Virus record (IMG/VR): IMGVR_UViG_3300032303_000331
Location: 1-25,119 of that record
Direction: 5' to 3' (one strand)
From: a virus
Lineage: Duplodnaviria; Caudoviricetes
Length of the DNA stretch: 25,119 nt
Under the pieces are notes generated by a model, which saw nothing but the letters and a program-made list of their open reading frames with translations, searched no databases and was not told the DNA's origin. Below, piece after piece: positions 1-9,200 of the stretch; within the stretch, counting starts at the first letter, position 1; each line of letters starts with the position of its first letter. The position numbers and the translations under genes are program-made.

Positions 1-1
1 C

Positions 2-673
2 GGCGACCAATACAACCTTATTGACCCGACTGAATTTCCTGTTGCTGAACAAATGCTTATGTTTTACGGCAAACAATTTAACGACGAAGTGCAAAAGAAC
101 TTGACTAAAAGCGGTTCAATTGCTTCAGGTAAAATTGGTGATTTGGTTGTACCAAAGGTTACAAAGTTTGGAAATAATTATGAAATGTGGCTTGGATATG
201 ACAAAGACAATCCGGCTTCAGTTTATTATAAGTTTATAAATAAAGGCGTTCGTGGTTATGGCGGGGAAAATGCAAGACCTAAAAAGGTTTCTTCAAATTC
301 ACCGTATGAATATAAAACACCATATCCAAATAAAAAAATGGCAACGTCAATTTTGCAATGGTACAGATTAGGCAAAGCAAAAACGACAAATGAAACACAG
401 ACAAAAAAGTTAAGTAAAACACAAAGAAAAAACAAAAAGCTTAAACAGGTTGTAAATAAAGCACCTTCATTAAAAACTTTGGCTTATGCTACGGCTGCGG
501 CAATCAAAAGGGACGGTTTAAAAACAACGTCATATTTTGACAATGCAGTTAAGGCGGTATTTAATAAAGAATTCTTTGCAACAATGGCAACGGCTTTCGG
601 CGGTGACGTTCAGCTTCAAATTAGACAAATAGGAAATAAAATAGAATCAAACAATGGCAATAACAGTAAATAG
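2..673 (+). CDS. Putative phage neck/tail-completion (virion morphogenesis) protein, 5'-truncated
   Basis: The frame of the 53..673 ORF is open back to position 2 (GDQYNLIDPTEFPVAEQ-MLMFYG), so the start probably lies outside the window. Basic protein with YYKFINKGVRG and AIKRDGLK motifs, upstream of tail genes. Function inferred from context. Confidence 0.45.
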   Translation, partial: GDQYNLIDPTEFPVAEQMLMFYGKQFNDEVQKNLTKSGSIASGKIGDLVVPKVTKFGNNYEMWLGYDKDNPASVYYKFINKGVRGYGGENARPKKVSSNSPYEYKTPYPNKKMATSILQWYRLGKAKTTNETQTKKLSKTQRKNKKLKQVVNKAPSLKTLAYATAAAIKRDGLKTTSYFDNAVKAVFNKEFFATMATAFGGDVQLQIRQIGNKIESNNGNNSK

Positions 674-1868
674 TGTACCGGCTACATATCCAAGTATGCA
701 CGAAGACCTTTGGTTTGTGGCTTCTTCAACAAACGTTGGGGTTACAAACTTTAAATTTGTGTATGACGTATATGTTAACGGTACACAGGTAAGCAGAAAT
801 AAAGTATTCCCTGCACCAAGTGGCGAAGGTAGTTACGGCGTATTTAACGCGTCACCAATGGTGCGCGCATACGTAACCAATTACTTTGAACCTTCAGGAA
901 GCAGCGTTTTAGTTGCGTCAAATAATAAAATAAAGGTTGACTATCAAGTGCGTATTGGTGAAGAAGTAAGCGGTGCAGTTACTGCAAACTTGGCTTCAGG
1001 TTCTTATTCAGCATACAACTATTATGCACCTTTATTTGGGGATATATTCACAGAAAATGGCGACGTACCTTTGGTATTGTCTGACTATTATGACAATTTA
1101 CTTATTGAGAATTATACGGACGATTGGTTATCTGACCGTGACAATGGGGATATACCTATTGAATACGGCGACCAATTCTTTATTACATTCTTAAAGATTA
1201 CAGGCGGGACATATAAACTTTGGGTTCAGCCAACAAATGCAAACGGAACTTTGGGAACTGCGGTAAGTGGCGGAATTACAATGACCGGACAATTTAATTT
1301 GTTCAATTTTCAAGCTGCGGCAATCAATGCTTGGGCGGGTTCAACAATAATAACAGAAAATACATACGGTTACAATGTTTATATTTCACTTGGCGCAGGC
1401 ACAACAAGGGTACTACAATTCAGGCAGGTATGTAACCCAAAGTACAGACAATATAACCTTCACTTTCTCAATAGACTTGGCGGATATGATACAATGGCAT
1501 TCAGATTGGTTAACAAAAGAAGAAGCCAATTTGAACGGTCTTCATACAGACGTAACCCATATCAGTTATCAGGTAGTCAAATGAAGAATATTGATACGTA
1601 CAACAAATACAATGAAACTACGTACAATTTTGCAATTCAACATACTGACTACTATATGTTGACTTCAGATTGGGTTAATGACCAAGATTATGCTTGGCTT
1701 GCTCAATTAATAGCGTCACCAATTGTTTATATGGAAGTACAGGGCGCATTTTTCCCTGTAACAATTAACAATACAAATTATCAATACAAATACAAAGTTG
1801 CTGATAAATTATTTAATTTTGATTTAGAAGTTGAAGTTGGTAAATATTTAAACAGTCAATTCAGATAA
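654..1868 (+). CDS. Phage structural (tail-associated) protein
   Basis: 404 aa, beta-rich; C-terminal FLNRLGGYD...LIASPIVY pattern typical of tail proteins in Bacteroidota-type phages; TAATG overlap with the next gene. Confidence 0.6.
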   Translation: MAITVNSVPATYPSMHEDLWFVASSTNVGVTNFKFVYDVYVNGTQVSRNKVFPAPSGEGSYGVFNASPMVRAYVTNYFEPSGSSVLVASNNKIKVDYQVRIGEEVSGAVTANLASGSYSAYNYYAPLFGDIFTENGDVPLVLSDYYDNLLIENYTDDWLSDRDNGDIPIEYGDQFFITFLKITGGTYKLWVQPTNANGTLGTAVSGGITMTGQFNLFNFQAAAINAWAGSTIITENTYGYNVYISLGAGTTRVLQFRQVCNPKYRQYNLHFLNRLGGYDTMAFRLVNKRRSQFERSSYRRNPYQLSGSQMKNIDTYNKYNETTYNFAIQHTDYYMLTSDWVNDQDYAWLAQLIASPIVYMEVQGAFFPVTINNTNYQYKYKVADKLFNFDLEVEVGKYLNSQFR

Positions 1869-3928
1869 TGATAAGAACAGAAATTTATATTGAAAATCAA
1901 TTAGTCGATTTGTTGCAAGATATTGGGACAAACTTTACATATACAATTGACGACGTTAACGACTTTGGAAGTCGCAATACTTCGTTTAGCCGTACAATTT
2001 CAATTCCTGCAACGTCAAGAAACAATATAATATTAGGTTTTGCTTTTCAATTAGGTATGGCTTCAGAACACAATATGGAATTGCCTAACGTAAATACAAA
2101 CTTTACGCCTTCACAGGCTGCTAAATGCGAAGTATTTATTGATAAAATACAGATATTTAAAGGCGTTATTCGCATACTTGAAATAGTTTCAAATAATAGT
2201 GCAACAGAATATCAATGCGCCGTGTTTGGTGAATTAGGCGGATTTATTACCGAATTAGGTAACAAACGTTTAGAAGACTTGGATTTTAGCGAATACAATC
2301 ATACGTACAATGTTACTTCAATACAAAACAGTTGGGATTCAATTACAGGTTCAGGTTACTATTATCCATTGATTGATTATGGCAACGTGTCAACAAATAA
2401 AGATGATTTCAACGTAAAAGCTTTCAGACCTGCATTATATGCAAAAGAATATATTAAAAAGATATTTGAAGGCACTTCATATACTTTAAATTGCGACTTT
2501 TTTAATACAGATTTTTTTAAAAAGCTTATAATTCCAAATAATAGTCAGGGTATTCAGGGTACAAATGACCGCTTTATACTTGCAACTATTGCAGCAACTA
2601 AAACAATATTAAACAGTAACACACCAACCGCACGAAATATAAATGTACCTTTTGATTCTACAACTTTACTTTACTTTACAGAAAATGGTTCAAAAAGTAT
2701 TTTTACTTATACTGATACTACAAAGACGGTTAGGGCATTAGCTACTATAACCGGAGTTTATCAAACAGACGCCGCTTCATCAATTACTGCAACTTTATAC
2801 GTTGGCGGTATTGCAGTACAAACATTAACGCAAGCAACTATTTCAGCAAATAACCCTTATCAATTCAATTTTGATTATACGGGTAATATTTTAAATACAA
2901 ATACAGTTTACATAAATATAAGCGTACCGGGTACTGCGAATACTTATATTGTAACAATAACAAATGCAAACTTTACTTTTACTCAATTAGCTGCGCAATT
3001 AACAACTGTTGCTTATAATGGTACTGTTTCAATTAATAACAATTTACCAAAAGGAATATTTCAAAAAGATTTCTTTTTAAGTATTGTTAAAATGTTTAAT
3101 ATGTACGTTTATCAGGATAATATAAACGACAAACAAATAAATATTGCACCTTATATTGATTTTTATTCTGACTTTGCAACTGATTCTTTGGATTGGTCAC
3201 AAAAAATTGATATGAATTCAACGCTTTCTATAAAACCAATGTCACAATTGAATGCGCGTTATTATGCTTACAGATATTCTGACGATTCTGACTATTATAA
3301 TGAAAACTACAAAAAGAAATATGGTCAAACATATGGTGATTTTTTATATGATTCACAATTTGATTTTGTAAAAGATACTGCATATTCTCAAATATTATTT
3401 GCACCAACTGTTTTAAAATTATATACAGGTCAAGATAAATACCAACCTGCAATATATAAATTGTCAAATTATAATACAACTGAAGATTCTATGGATTCAG
3501 TATTACGTATTTTAATGGCTAAAAAAATTACAGGTGTTTCGTCTTGGAAAATTCAAGATGACGCATTGACTACATTGGCAACATTAACTTCATATGGATA
3601 TGCAGGACATTTAGATAGTCCAACAACGCCAACCGTTGACTTAAATTTTGGTGTACCAAAGGAATTGCAATTTCCTGCGTCAACTTACCCAACAAATAAC
3701 TTATTTAATACATATCATTTGCCGTACATTTTAGAAATTACAGATATGGAATCAAAACTTTTGACGTGTCGTGCTTATTTAAATACGCTTGATATATATA
3801 ATTTAGATTTCAGCAAATACATTTGGATAAATGGCGTATTATTTAGATTGAATAAAGTTGAATCATACGACCCTTTGGCATATAGAACGACACAAATTAG
3901 TTTACTTAAAGTAATAAACACGAATTAA
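1868..3928 (+). CDS. Phage minor tail / baseplate hub-like protein
   Basis: 686 aa; N-terminal SFSRTISIPAT, YYYPLIDYG, central Thr-rich beta domain; lies directly before the tape measure-like gene with a TAATG overlap. Confidence 0.6.
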   Translation: MIRTEIYIENQLVDLLQDIGTNFTYTIDDVNDFGSRNTSFSRTISIPATSRNNIILGFAFQLGMASEHNMELPNVNTNFTPSQAAKCEVFIDKIQIFKGVIRILEIVSNNSATEYQCAVFGELGGFITELGNKRLEDLDFSEYNHTYNVTSIQNSWDSITGSGYYYPLIDYGNVSTNKDDFNVKAFRPALYAKEYIKKIFEGTSYTLNCDFFNTDFFKKLIIPNNSQGIQGTNDRFILATIAATKTILNSNTPTARNINVPFDSTTLLYFTENGSKSIFTYTDTTKTVRALATITGVYQTDAASSITATLYVGGIAVQTLTQATISANNPYQFNFDYTGNILNTNTVYINISVPGTANTYIVTITNANFTFTQLAAQLTTVAYNGTVSINNNLPKGIFQKDFFLSIVKMFNMYVYQDNINDKQINIAPYIDFYSDFATDSLDWSQKIDMNSTLSIKPMSQLNARYYAYRYSDDSDYYNENYKKKYGQTYGDFLYDSQFDFVKDTAYSQILFAPTVLKLYTGQDKYQPAIYKLSNYNTTEDSMDSVLRILMAKKITGVSSWKIQDDALTTLATLTSYGYAGHLDSPTTPTVDLNFGVPKELQFPASTYPTNNLFNTYHLPYILEITDMESKLLTCRAYLNTLDIYNLDFSKYIWINGVLFRLNKVESYDPLAYRTTQISLLKVINTN

Positions 3929-6300
3929 TGGCAACAGAAGAAATAATTGGTATAAAGGTCACCACAGATGCCGCACAGGCAACCGCAGACGTTCAGAAAT
4001 TAGACAAAGCATTTACCGAAACTGACGATTCAGTAAAAAGTTTAAGAACCCAAATGAGGGAAGCGCAAGCACAGGTTGGTTTAATGGCTGATAAATTTGG
4101 TGCAACTTCAAAAGAAGCAGTAAACGCAGCAAAAAAAGCAGCAGAATTAAAAGACCGAATCGGTGACGCAAAAGCATTGACAGATGCGTTTAACCCCGAC
4201 GCAAAGTTTAAGGCAGTCGCTTCTTCTTTGGCAGGTGTTGCCGGTGGATTTAGTGCGCTTCAGGGTGCAATGGCATTGTTTGGAAATGAAAATAAAGACG
4301 TTGAAAAAGCTTTATTAAAGGTAAATGCTGCAATGGCATTGTCGCAAGGTTTACAGGCAGTTGGTGAAAGCGTAGATTCATTTAGACAATTAGGTGCAGT
4401 AATTAAAAGTACAACAGTTTATCAAGAATTAAATAATGCTGCAACAAAAACGGCTGCGGTTGTGCAACGTGCTTTTGGTGTGGCAACAGTTGAAACAAGC
4501 ACAGGTTTTAAAGTTTTAAAAGGTGCTATTGTTGCAACAGGAATAGGTGCATTGGTTATTTTATTGGGTGAAGTAATAAATAATTTTGATGCTATTTCTG
4601 ATTGGATAAAGAAAAGTCCATTAGGTGCATTGGCAAAAGGCGTTGGTGAATTAGTTACACAATTTACAGATTTTATTGGTGTAACAAGCGAAGCAGAACG
4701 TAATTTAGTAAAATTATCGGCTGCCAATAAGCGTGGAAATGAAGACATTGAAAATAGAATTAAAGTATTAAAAGCGCAAGGCGGTTCTGAAAAAGAAATA
4801 TACGATTTAGGGCAAAAAAGGGTTGAAAATGAATTAAGCACTTTACGTGAAAGCTTAAAAACAAAAGGTAAATTAACAGATGATGAAGCTAAACAATTCA
4901 GGGATTTAAAAACAGAACAATTAGTTTTAACGGCTGATTACAATAAAAAGACGGCTGACACAAATAAAAAAGCAGCAGAAGACGCAAAGAAAAAATTTGA
5001 TGAAACAAATAAACAAGTTGTTGCAGATACAGAAAAAGCAAATGAATTATTGCTTAAAATGCAAAATGAAAAAGTCATTGCTGAATTAAAAACGCAAGAA
5101 GAAAAAGACCTTGCAGTATTAGCACAACAAGAAAAACAACAACTTGCAGAAGTTGACAAATTGAAGGTAAATGAAAAATTAAAAGGTGAATTAAAAGCTG
5201 CAATTATTGCAGATTATGACGCAAAAGAAACTGAATTAAAAGATAAACAAACAAAAGACAAAGCTGAAAAAGATGCTGAAAAATTAAAAGTTGAAAAAGA
5301 TTTTAACAATAAAGTTTCTGAAATTAAAGCAAATGCAATTAAAGATGACGTTGAACGTGCAGAAGCACAAAGATTAGTTAAACTTGAAAAAGACCTTGCA
5401 GATTTAGATACAGACAAAGAATTTATTAAAAAATCTGTAACTGAACAAGCTGAAATTAAAAAAGCATTAATTGATGCGTCTGAATTAGAAGGGCAAAAGT
5501 CTAAAAATGAAATAGTTGCAAAAGGTTTACAAGATGAAATTGCTTTATTACAGGCACAACAAAAAGGTTTAAGTCAAGATTCAGAAGCATATTGGAAAAA
5601 TGTAAATGAAATTGAAGACAAGTCATATCAGGCTAAACTTATTGCTGCAAAAGGAAACGCAAAAGAAATTGAAAAGATTGAAAAAGAACATTCATTAAAT
5701 AAACAAGAAATTGCAAAACTTGAAAAAGAGGCACAATTACAAATAATAAAGCAACGTATAAATGATATACAAACTTTTGGAAGTAATTTACAAGTGATTG
5801 CAGGTAAAAATAAAAAATTAGCAATTGCAGGTTTATTAATTGAAAAGGGTGCTGCGGTTGCAGACGTTGTAATGAATACTGCAAAAGCAACTACAAAAGC
5901 AGTTGCAGCTTCACCTTTGACATTAGGTTTACCGTGGTCGGCTTTAATTATTGCCAATGGTGTTTTGCAATCTGTTGCAATTATCAAGTCAGCAATTGAC
6001 GGTATTGCTGCAATTAATAGCGCAGGTAATTCAGCAGGTATTTCAGAAGGTTCAGAAATTGGTTCAGGTGGTGGTGTACCTTCAATTCCAAGTCCGGGCG
6101 GTGGTGGTGGTGCTATGCCTGATTTGGGTGGTGGTGATGGCGGCGGTGGTGCTGCACCTGATTTAGGTGGCGGTGGCGGAAGCACAGGCGGTGGTGGTGG
6201 TGGCGGAAATAATGCAATTCGTGCATACGTTGTTGAAAGTGATATTTCAGGTACACAAAAGCGCGTTCAGCAAATACAAGACCAAGCAAGATTTGAATAA
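3928..6300 (+). CDS. Tape measure-like protein
   Basis: 790 aa, Ala/Lys/Glu-rich helical and coiled-coil sequence with hydrophobic segments (IVATGIGALVILLG; LGLPWSALIIANG), Gly-rich linker and C-terminal IRAYVVESDI motif. Confidence 0.7.
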   Translation: MATEEIIGIKVTTDAAQATADVQKLDKAFTETDDSVKSLRTQMREAQAQVGLMADKFGATSKEAVNAAKKAAELKDRIGDAKALTDAFNPDAKFKAVASSLAGVAGGFSALQGAMALFGNENKDVEKALLKVNAAMALSQGLQAVGESVDSFRQLGAVIKSTTVYQELNNAATKTAAVVQRAFGVATVETSTGFKVLKGAIVATGIGALVILLGEVINNFDAISDWIKKSPLGALAKGVGELVTQFTDFIGVTSEAERNLVKLSAANKRGNEDIENRIKVLKAQGGSEKEIYDLGQKRVENELSTLRESLKTKGKLTDDEAKQFRDLKTEQLVLTADYNKKTADTNKKAAEDAKKKFDETNKQVVADTEKANELLLKMQNEKVIAELKTQEEKDLAVLAQQEKQQLAEVDKLKVNEKLKGELKAAIIADYDAKETELKDKQTKDKAEKDAEKLKVEKDFNNKVSEIKANAIKDDVERAEAQRLVKLEKDLADLDTDKEFIKKSVTEQAEIKKALIDASELEGQKSKNEIVAKGLQDEIALLQAQQKGLSQDSEAYWKNVNEIEDKSYQAKLIAAKGNAKEIEKIEKEHSLNKQEIAKLEKEAQLQIIKQRINDIQTFGSNLQVIAGKNKKLAIAGLLIEKGAAVADVVMNTAKATTKAVAASPLTLGLPWSALIIANGVLQSVAIIKSAIDGIAAINSAGNSAGISEGSEIGSGGGVPSIPSPGGGGGAMPDLGGGDGGGGAAPDLGGGGGSTGGGGGGGNNAIRAYVVESDISGTQKRVQQIQDQARFE
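6058..6210 (+). repeat. Low-complexity GGT/GGC repeat encoding a Gly/Pro linker with duplicated PDLGGG
   Basis: cctgatttgggtggtggt and cctgatttaggtggcggt within runs of GGY codons. Confidence 0.8.
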
Positions 6301-6328
6301 ACGATAAATTAAATAAAATAAACTATTT

Positions 6329-6928
6329 ATGGGTATGAATACAGATTTACCAATATATATGTTGGACATAACTGACGACATTGAAGACGATTCACAGGTT
6401 GACTTCATTGCATTGGTTGACCGTCCTGCAATACAAAAGAATTGGAACGCATTTAATAAAACACAGAAATTTGAAATTGTTAATGAAGACCGTCGCATTA
6501 TTTCGGGCGCTATTATGTTGGCTGATACGCCAATTTTTAGGTCTGACGCTACTTATGGCGACTACTATGTGGCTTTTAGTCGTGATACTATTCTTAAAAT
6601 TGTACAAAAGTTTTTCAAAAAAGGATTCCAAAGCAATGTCAACTTAATGCACGATTCAAGCGCACAGTTTGAAAATGTAACATTATTTGAAAGCTTTATT
6701 TCTGACCCTTCACGTGGCATTATGCCAATGAAAGGATTTGAAGACGCGCCTGTTGGTTCTTGGTTTGGTTCAATGATTGTTGACAATGAAGAAGCTTGGC
6801 AAAAGGTCAAGAATGGCGAAATAATGGGTTTTAGTGTTGAAGGGTTATTTAATTACAAACCAAAGGAAGTAAATAAGGTTTCTTCAATGGTTGAACAGAT
6901 TAAAAAAATATTGTCACAGGTTAAGTGA
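6329..6928 (+). CDS. XkdF-like putative prohead (serine) protease; start may be ATG 6335
   Basis: IALVDRPAI, RRIISGAIMLAD, NLMH, GSWFGSM, W..VKNGEIMGFSVEG motifs; sits upstream of the scaffold and capsid genes. Confidence 0.75.
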   Translation: MGMNTDLPIYMLDITDDIEDDSQVDFIALVDRPAIQKNWNAFNKTQKFEIVNEDRRIISGAIMLADTPIFRSDATYGDYYVAFSRDTILKIVQKFFKKGFQSNVNLMHDSSAQFENVTLFESFISDPSRGIMPMKGFEDAPVGSWFGSMIVDNEEAWQKVKNGEIMGFSVEGLFNYKPKEVNKVSSMVEQIKKILSQVK

Positions 6929-6965
6929 TAAACATTTTATTTTTTAACTATATAATAAAAAAAGT

Positions 6966-7586
6966 ATGAACGCACAGGAAGCGATTTTAAAAATCAAAGC
7001 TTTGTTTGATGAAAACATTGCTGCACCTGTTGAAGAAGTGAAGGCTGAACCAATTGTTGAAGAAACAAAGGTTGAAATGTCTGAATATTCTTTAATGGAC
7101 GGCACAAAAGTTGAAATTTCAGCTTTGGAAATTGGCGGTTCAGTAACCATTGACGGCGCACCTGCACCCGCAGGCGAACACCAATTAATGGACGGGACTA
7201 TGATTCAATTAGACGAAAACGGTATTATCATTGAACTTTCTTCAAAAGAAGAAGACGTAACACCGGAAGAAGTGGCTGCACCTGCACCTGAAGATATGGG
7301 TAAGGAAGCAGACAAAAAAATGCAAAATATGGCTGAAGAATTTGAAGCACAAATTGCTGAATTAAAAGCAGCAAAAGAAGTTTCAGACGCTAAGGTTGTA
7401 AATTTAGAAAACAAGGTTAAGCAAGGATTTGCACAGGTAGCTGAATTAATAGAAGCACTTTCAAATACACCAAGCGAAGACCCGATTTCAAGACCAAATT
7501 CTTTTAATTCTTATGTGCAAACAAAAGATATTAAAGAAGCAAGATTAGAAAAATATAGAAACGCAATTTTAAACATTAAAAATTAA
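6966..7586 (+). CDS. Capsid scaffolding protein
   Basis: 206 aa, very acidic, repeated LMDGT (APAGEHQLMDGT), C-terminal coiled coil; located between protease and major capsid genes. Confidence 0.65.
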   Translation: MNAQEAILKIKALFDENIAAPVEEVKAEPIVEETKVEMSEYSLMDGTKVEISALEIGGSVTIDGAPAPAGEHQLMDGTMIQLDENGIIIELSSKEEDVTPEEVAAPAPEDMGKEADKKMQNMAEEFEAQIAELKAAKEVSDAKVVNLENKVKQGFAQVAELIEALSNTPSEDPISRPNSFNSYVQTKDIKEARLEKYRNAILNIKN

Positions 7587-7592
7587 TAAAAA

Positions 7593-8543
7593 ATGTCATT
7601 TTCAATTAGTTCATTAGCAAACTACACAAAAGAGAACGAAGCACAGTTAGTGACTTCTTCTGTTTTAGGTGCAAAAACTGCGGCTTTAATAAAAAGCGCA
7701 GGTAACGTTATGGTTGGTGTAAAATCAGCACAAACAATTAACGTTATGGATACAGATGCTTTCTTCCAAGCAGGTGGAACTTGCGGTTGGAACGCTTCAG
7801 GTACAACTTCTTTCACACAAAGAACTGTAACTATCGGAAAAATTAAAGTTCAAGAAGCTTTATGTCCAAAAACTTTGGAATCTAAGTATTTACAAAAAGC
7901 ATTGCCAACAGGTTCTGTTTACGATTCTATTCCTTTTGAGCAAGATTTCACAGACAAAAAAGCAAAAACAATTGCTTCGCAATTAGAAACTGCAATTTGG
8001 CAAGGTGATACTGCTTCAGGTAGTGGTAACTTAAATAAGTTTGACGGTTTAATTAAATTAATCGGTGCTGCAAGTGGTGTTGTTGACGCAAATACTTCAA
8101 CTTACATTAGTGGTGCGCCTTTAAGTTCAATTACTGCTGCTAACGTTATCAGTTTATTTGACGGTGTTTACAAAGCAATCCCTGCAAAAGTTGTATCTTA
8201 TGACGATATGGTTATTTTCTGTGGTGTTGACACTTTCAGAACTTACACTATTGCATTAAAGAATGCAAATATGTTCTCATACGCATTTGACGGAAAAGCT
8301 GATTCTGAGTTTGTATTACCGGGTACTTCAATCAAAGTTATTGCAGTAAATGGTTTAAATGGTACAAATGATGTTTATGCAATGCGTTTAAGCAATATGT
8401 TCTTAGGTACAGATTTATTGAACGAAGAAGAAAAGTTTGATATCTTCTTTGCAAAAGAAGCTGACGAAGTTCGTTTTGCTGCGGAATTCAAAATGGGTGT
8501 GAACGTTGCATTCCCTGATGAGATTGTAAAGGTAGTAATCTAA
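7593..8543 (+). CDS. Major capsid protein
   Basis: 316 aa; CGWNASGTTSFTQR, LCPKTLE, IWQGD, FDGLIK motifs; follows the scaffold gene and is followed by a terminator hairpin. Confidence 0.8.
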   Translation: MSFSISSLANYTKENEAQLVTSSVLGAKTAALIKSAGNVMVGVKSAQTINVMDTDAFFQAGGTCGWNASGTTSFTQRTVTIGKIKVQEALCPKTLESKYLQKALPTGSVYDSIPFEQDFTDKKAKTIASQLETAIWQGDTASGSGNLNKFDGLIKLIGAASGVVDANTSTYISGAPLSSITAANVISLFDGVYKAIPAKVVSYDDMVIFCGVDTFRTYTIALKNANMFSYAFDGKADSEFVLPGTSIKVIAVNGLNGTNDVYAMRLSNMFLGTDLLNEEEKFDIFFAKEADEVRFAAEFKMGVNVAFPDEIVKVVI

Positions 8544-8550
8544 TTATAAT

Positions 8551-8576
8551 GGGGGTGAAATATCCCCCCTATTTTA
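8551..8576 (+). terminator. Probable intrinsic terminator/attenuator after the capsid gene
   Basis: GGGGG-TGAAATAT-CCCCC hairpin followed by CTATTTT. Confidence 0.6.
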
Positions 8577-8597
8577 TAAAATTTAAAATTTAACATT

Positions 8598-9119
8598 ATG
8601 CCGTGCGCATTAACTCAAGGATATACTTTAGATTGTCGCGATAGTTTAGGCGGAATCGTTGAAGTTTACTTTACTGAAGCTGCAAACGTAACAACAACAA
8701 CCGAAGCAAGTGGTGTAATTACCGCTTTGACTAAGGCTGCGGGAAAACGTTTTTGGAAATATGCTTTAGTAAAAGATACTTCAATGTTTAACCAAACATT
8801 AAACGCTTCTGTACAAAACGGAACTGTTTTTTATGCGCAAGAACTTCAGATTATCCTTAACAAATTACAGACCAATACAAGAAATGAATTATTGTTATTG
8901 GCACAAAATAGTTTAGTTGCAGTCGCAAAAGATAGCAACGGAATTTATTGGTATTTAGGAAAAACACGTGGTATTGATATGACTGCAAATGCAGCTTCAA
9001 CAGGTACTGCGCAAGGTGACAGAAGTGGTTTCACTTTAACTTTCACAGGTTCTGAACCTGCTTTAGCGCCAAGTGTAACTTCAACTGTTTATAATGCGTT
9101 GGAAACACCGGGTGCTTAA
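8598..9119 (+). CDS. Major tail tube protein (putative)
   Basis: 173 aa; MPCALTQGYTLDCRDSLGG, NGTVFYAQEL, GTAQGDRSGFTLTFTGSE; follows the capsid gene. Confidence 0.65.
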   Translation: MPCALTQGYTLDCRDSLGGIVEVYFTEAANVTTTTEASGVITALTKAAGKRFWKYALVKDTSMFNQTLNASVQNGTVFYAQELQIILNKLQTNTRNELLLLAQNSLVAVAKDSNGIYWYLGKTRGIDMTANAASTGTAQGDRSGFTLTFTGSEPALAPSVTSTVYNALETPGA

Positions 9120-9148
9120 AACTTTGTTTTTCATAGGTTTATAGGTTT

Positions 9149-9183
9149 GCCGCCGGTCATTAATTTGGTCGGCGGTTTTTTTT
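9149..9183 (+). terminator. Intrinsic terminator
   Basis: GCCGCCGGTCA-TTAATT-TGGTCGGCGGT 11-bp stem (with G-U pairs) followed by a T run. Confidence 0.85.
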
Positions 9184-9200
9184 GTTCTGTCTTTTTACTT

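Noticed and set aside
9081-9134. Minus-strand 17-aa ORF (MKNKVLSTRCFQRIINS) behind an AAACCTATG leader
   Set aside because: Very short and antisense to the tube gene; the tract is better explained as an antisense seed, though translation is not excluded.
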